Source: an uncultured Bacteroidia bacterium (GTDB lineage Bacteria > Bacteroidota > Bacteroidia > Bacteroidales > CAJPTX01). From it: DNA of 64,000 nucleotides. The position numbers were made by a program, and so were the translations under genes. Positions 61,619-64,000 of this stretch are shown here, one piece after another; within the stretch, counting starts at the first letter, position 1; each line of letters opens with the position of its first letter. Where the stretch lies: positions 2,481 to 66,480 of the forward strand of contig CAUUMS010000008.1 of NCBI GenBank assembly GCA_963546395.1. The letters run 5' to 3'. The notes under the pieces were generated by a model. It worked only from the letters and a program-made list of their open reading frames with translations. It did not search any database and was not told where the DNA came from.

Positions 61619-62869
61619 CTACCTCGCCGTGGCAAGCATGGAATCCAAGTGGGCCACACGCCGCGCAAAGTCTATCCGCGCAGAGCTATCGATGGGTTCC
61701 ACCGAGGGCGACTCCAGCTGCAACGGGTCGACAGGCTTGCCGCTCTTCCATACCCGGAAGTCGAGATGGGGCCCCGTGGCTAGCCCCGTGCTCCCCACGT
61801 AGCCGATGACCTGCCCCTGCGACACTCGCACCCCCTTAGCAATACCCTTCCCGAAGCCTTGCAGGTGTAGGTAGGCCGTGGTGTACACCGAGTTATGCTT
61901 TATCTTCACGAAATTACCCCCGCCGTGCTGGTAGCCCTTCTCTATCACTGTGCCATCCCCCAGAGCCACCACCGGCGTCCCGGCCGGGGCGGCGTAATCC
62001 ACCCCCGTGTGCGGGCGCACGATCTTCAGTATCGGGTGCTTGCGCGCATACGAGAAGTGCGACGAGATGCGCGAAAACCGCAGCGGAGCCTTCAGGAAAG
62101 CCTTCCGCAAGCTTCGCCCCGAGGCATCCCAATAGCCCCACTGCCCATTCTGCTCGTAGCGATAGGCCGAGATGGTATCCTTCCCGTGAATGTAGCGGGC
62201 CGCCTCGATAGTACCCAGACCTATAACAGTCGAATCGAGCACCACCTGCTCGTAGACGGCAAAGAACTGATCCCCCTGCGCGAGGCCGAAGAAATCCACC
62301 GTCCACGCAAAGAGATCGGAGAGGGCCAACGGCACCTCCACCCGAGCCCCCGCCTTGCGCATGGCGTTCCACAGCGAGCTCTCAATCACGGCATGCATGC
62401 TATGAATCCGCCGCTCCGTTTGCAAGGTATCCAGCGAGACACCCAGCGTGTCGCCCCGAAAATCCAGCTTCAGGTACACCGTGGGCGAGTGCTGGTACAC
62501 CCAGAATGCGACAGCCCCGTCATCTGGCCTTGAGAAGAAGTAGGATGGCTGACCAGCCCTCAGCTTCCTGGCGGGGAAGACATCACGCATAGCCCCATCC
62601 AGCTGCGCGAGCTGTGATCCCTTCACCCCTCGCTCCAGCAGCAACGACGAGAGCACCATATTGGATGGCAAAGCCAACGTATCGATGGCGTAATCGTCGA
62701 TGCGTATGCCGAATCGCTCAGCCGGCGCGGTGGGCTCTACCTGCGGCTCTGGGGCCTGCACATCCACCCGGTCGGGATTTTGGCACGATGCCATCCCTAG
62801 TACCAATACCACCAGCAGCGTACCCCATACACGCTGCCACGCACCTTTCAGCTTGCACCCCTTCCGCAT
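61619..62869 (-). CDS. M23 family metallopeptidase (peptidoglycan DD-endopeptidase-like)
   Basis: HTGVDYAAPAGTPVVALGDG and GYVGSTGLATGPHLDFRV motifs, with a signal/lipobox LVVLVLGMASC. Confidence 0.85.
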   Translation of the reverse strand: MRKGCKLKGAWQRVWGTLLVVLVLGMASCQNPDRVDVQAPEPQVEPTAPAERFGIRIDDYAIDTLALPSNMVLSSLLLERGVKGSQLAQLDGAMRDVFPARKLRAGQPSYFFSRPDDGAVAFWVYQHSPTVYLKLDFRGDTLGVSLDTLQTERRIHSMHAVIESSLWNAMRKAGARVEVPLALSDLFAWTVDFFGLAQGDQFFAVYEQVVLDSTVIGLGTIEAARYIHGKDTISAYRYEQNGQWGYWDASGRSLRKAFLKAPLRFSRISSHFSYARKHPILKIVRPHTGVDYAAPAGTPVVALGDGTVIEKGYQHGGGNFVKIKHNSVYTTAYLHLQGFGKGIAKGVRVSQGQVIGYVGSTGLATGPHLDFRVWKSGKPVDPLQLESPSVEPIDSSARIDFARRVAHLDSMLATAR

Positions 62870-62875
62870 AGGCCC

Positions 62876-63763
62876 TTACGATCGCATTGCTTCGAAACCC
62901 TGACCATACACCCCCATCACGCTCCCCACAGACATGAAGGCCTTGGCATCCACCTCTCGCACCACCTTCCGCAGATGCGCCACCTCGTTCTTACGCACCA
63001 TGGTGATAATCACCCTCGTAGCCTCCTTAGTGTACCAGCCCGTGCCATCCACCACCGTCACCCCCCGGCCCAGCTCCTGCGTGATCCGGTCGGCCACCAC
63101 CTCATACTGCTTGGAGAAGATCAGCACCTGCAACGACTGCTTGAGCCCCGACAGGTAGGTATCTATCATGTACGCCGTGAGCCCCATGACGATATAGCCG
63201 TAGACAATCGACTCGAGCCGGGCCCGGAAATCCATATCTGCCAGCACGAGGAAGGCCGAGGTCACGATGATCGAATCGGTGGCCAGCACGGCCCGCCCTG
63301 GGCTCACGTTGCGGTACTTATTCACAATCATCGCCACGATATCCGTACCCCCGGTGCTTCCGCCCTGGCTGATCGCCATGCCGATGCCGAGCCCAGAGGC
63401 CAGGCCCCCGATGATGGCCGACAGCAAGCGGTCGTTGGGCAGCACGCCCTCGGTAATGAACATCTGCTCCACGGCCAGCAACGCCGAGGCCATAAGCACC
63501 CCGTAGATGGTCTTCACCCCGAAATTGGCCCCCACCACCTTCATGGCAATGGCAATGAGGATGACGTTCACAATCAGGAAGGTGTAGCCCACCGGGAAGC
63601 CCGTCAGGTAGAACACCAGCGTACCGATACCCGAGGCCCCTCCCCCCGTGATGTGCATGGGGATGAGGAACGCCGTCCACCCCAGCGTGTAAATCACCAA
63701 CCCCAGCGTTATCACCGCGTACTCACGCAGTGCCCGGGTGCGCAGAATCCCCCTGGCATCCAT
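62876..63763 (-). CDS. YitT family membrane protein (DUF2179 C-terminal domain)
   Basis: Five TM helices with the GGASGIGTL / GGSTGGTDI repeat motifs and a C-terminal DUF2179-like domain. Start at MDARGIL (63763), downstream of the leuS stop. Confidence 0.8.
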   Translation of the reverse strand: MDARGILRTRALREYAVITLGLVIYTLGWTAFLIPMHITGGGASGIGTLVFYLTGFPVGYTFLIVNVILIAIAMKVVGANFGVKTIYGVLMASALLAVEQMFITEGVLPNDRLLSAIIGGLASGLGIGMAISQGGSTGGTDIVAMIVNKYRNVSPGRAVLATDSIIVTSAFLVLADMDFRARLESIVYGYIVMGLTAYMIDTYLSGLKQSLQVLIFSKQYEVVADRITQELGRGVTVVDGTGWYTKEATRVIITMVRKNEVAHLRKVVREVDAKAFMSVGSVMGVYGQGFEAMRS

Positions 63764-63776
63764 CTTGCAGCAGTCT

Positions 63777-64000
63777 CTAGCAGACAATGTTGACAATCCG
63801 ATCTTGCACTACCACCACCTTGCGCACCGCGCGTCCTTCCAAGTAACGAGCCGTGTCGGGGCAGGCCATCACCGCCTCCTCCACCTCCTTGGCCGACAGG
63901 CCCCTCGCCAACGGCAGGGTGAACCGCGTCTTACCATTGAACGACACTGGGCACTCAAAAGTACGTTCCTCGATGCACTGCGCGTCCCACTGGGGCCACG
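63777..64000 (-). CDS. leuS: leucine--tRNA ligase, C-terminal ~74 aa (gene runs off the right edge)
   Basis: Own translation gives ...WPQWDAQCIEERTFECPVSFNGKTRFTLPLARGLSAKEVEEAVMACPDTARYLEGRAVRKVVVVQDRIVNIVC*. This is the typical LeuS C-terminal domain ending (..KVI.VPG.IVNIV). Confidence 0.7.
   Translation of the reverse strand, partial: WPQWDAQCIEERTFECPVSFNGKTRFTLPLARGLSAKEVEEAVMACPDTARYLEGRAVRKVVVVQDRIVNIVC

Noticed and set aside
1-64000. CRISPR arrays, rRNA genes, transposases/integrases, prophage or conjugative genes
   Set aside because: I saw no direct-repeat/spacer periodicity and no rRNA-like conserved stretches. No ORF has DDE, tyrosine- or serine-recombinase or phage structural motifs, so none is reported.

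Overview
Visibly GC-rich chromosomal segment with Bacteroidota (Bacteroidales-like) hallmarks: TAnnTTTG -7 promoter boxes, a T9SS C-terminal sorting domain, GldH, long-form YidC, DUF349, and a thiol-protein gene next to recA. I call about 56 protein genes, and all but four (sod, dcm, fldA, one small acidic ORF) lie on the minus strand, often with overlapping or near-zero spacing. The housekeeping backbone is tadA, sod, pyrC, trmB, tamB, pgi, gpsA, fldA, pabBC, yidC, pyrG, recA, pyrD, dapD, lpxB, surE, prs, engB, miaA and the leuS 3' end. Accessory modules are: (1) a HlyD + 2 ABC ATPase + 2 ABC-2 permease exporter operon preceded by a hemerythrin/RIC-like gene coupled to a LuxR-family pseudo-receiver regulator; (2) a solitary C5 DNA methyltransferase divergent from an Imm51-like orphan immunity gene; (3) a 1527-aa T9SS cargo protein (BspA-type LRR plus 11 Ig-like modules) next to a secreted non-specific nuclease; (4) a selenium-handling cluster yedF / cysteine desulfurase / DUF3343 / selD coupled to pyrD; (5) a single-polypeptide TPR sensor kinase + receiver + LuxR HTH. 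I found no rRNA, tRNA, CRISPR array, transposase or integrase. The most original observation is a structured intergenic element of about 110 nt, present in two clear copies and one partial copy. Each copy sits just downstream of the intrinsic terminator of a minus-strand gene, and the hairpin shows compensatory base-pair changes between copies. All protein calls rest on motif recognition by eye; no BLAST or HMM search was possible. Many long ORFs in the supplied track are antisense artefacts of high GC or carry over-extended N-termini. I trimmed those where a -7 box or terminator lies inside the extension.
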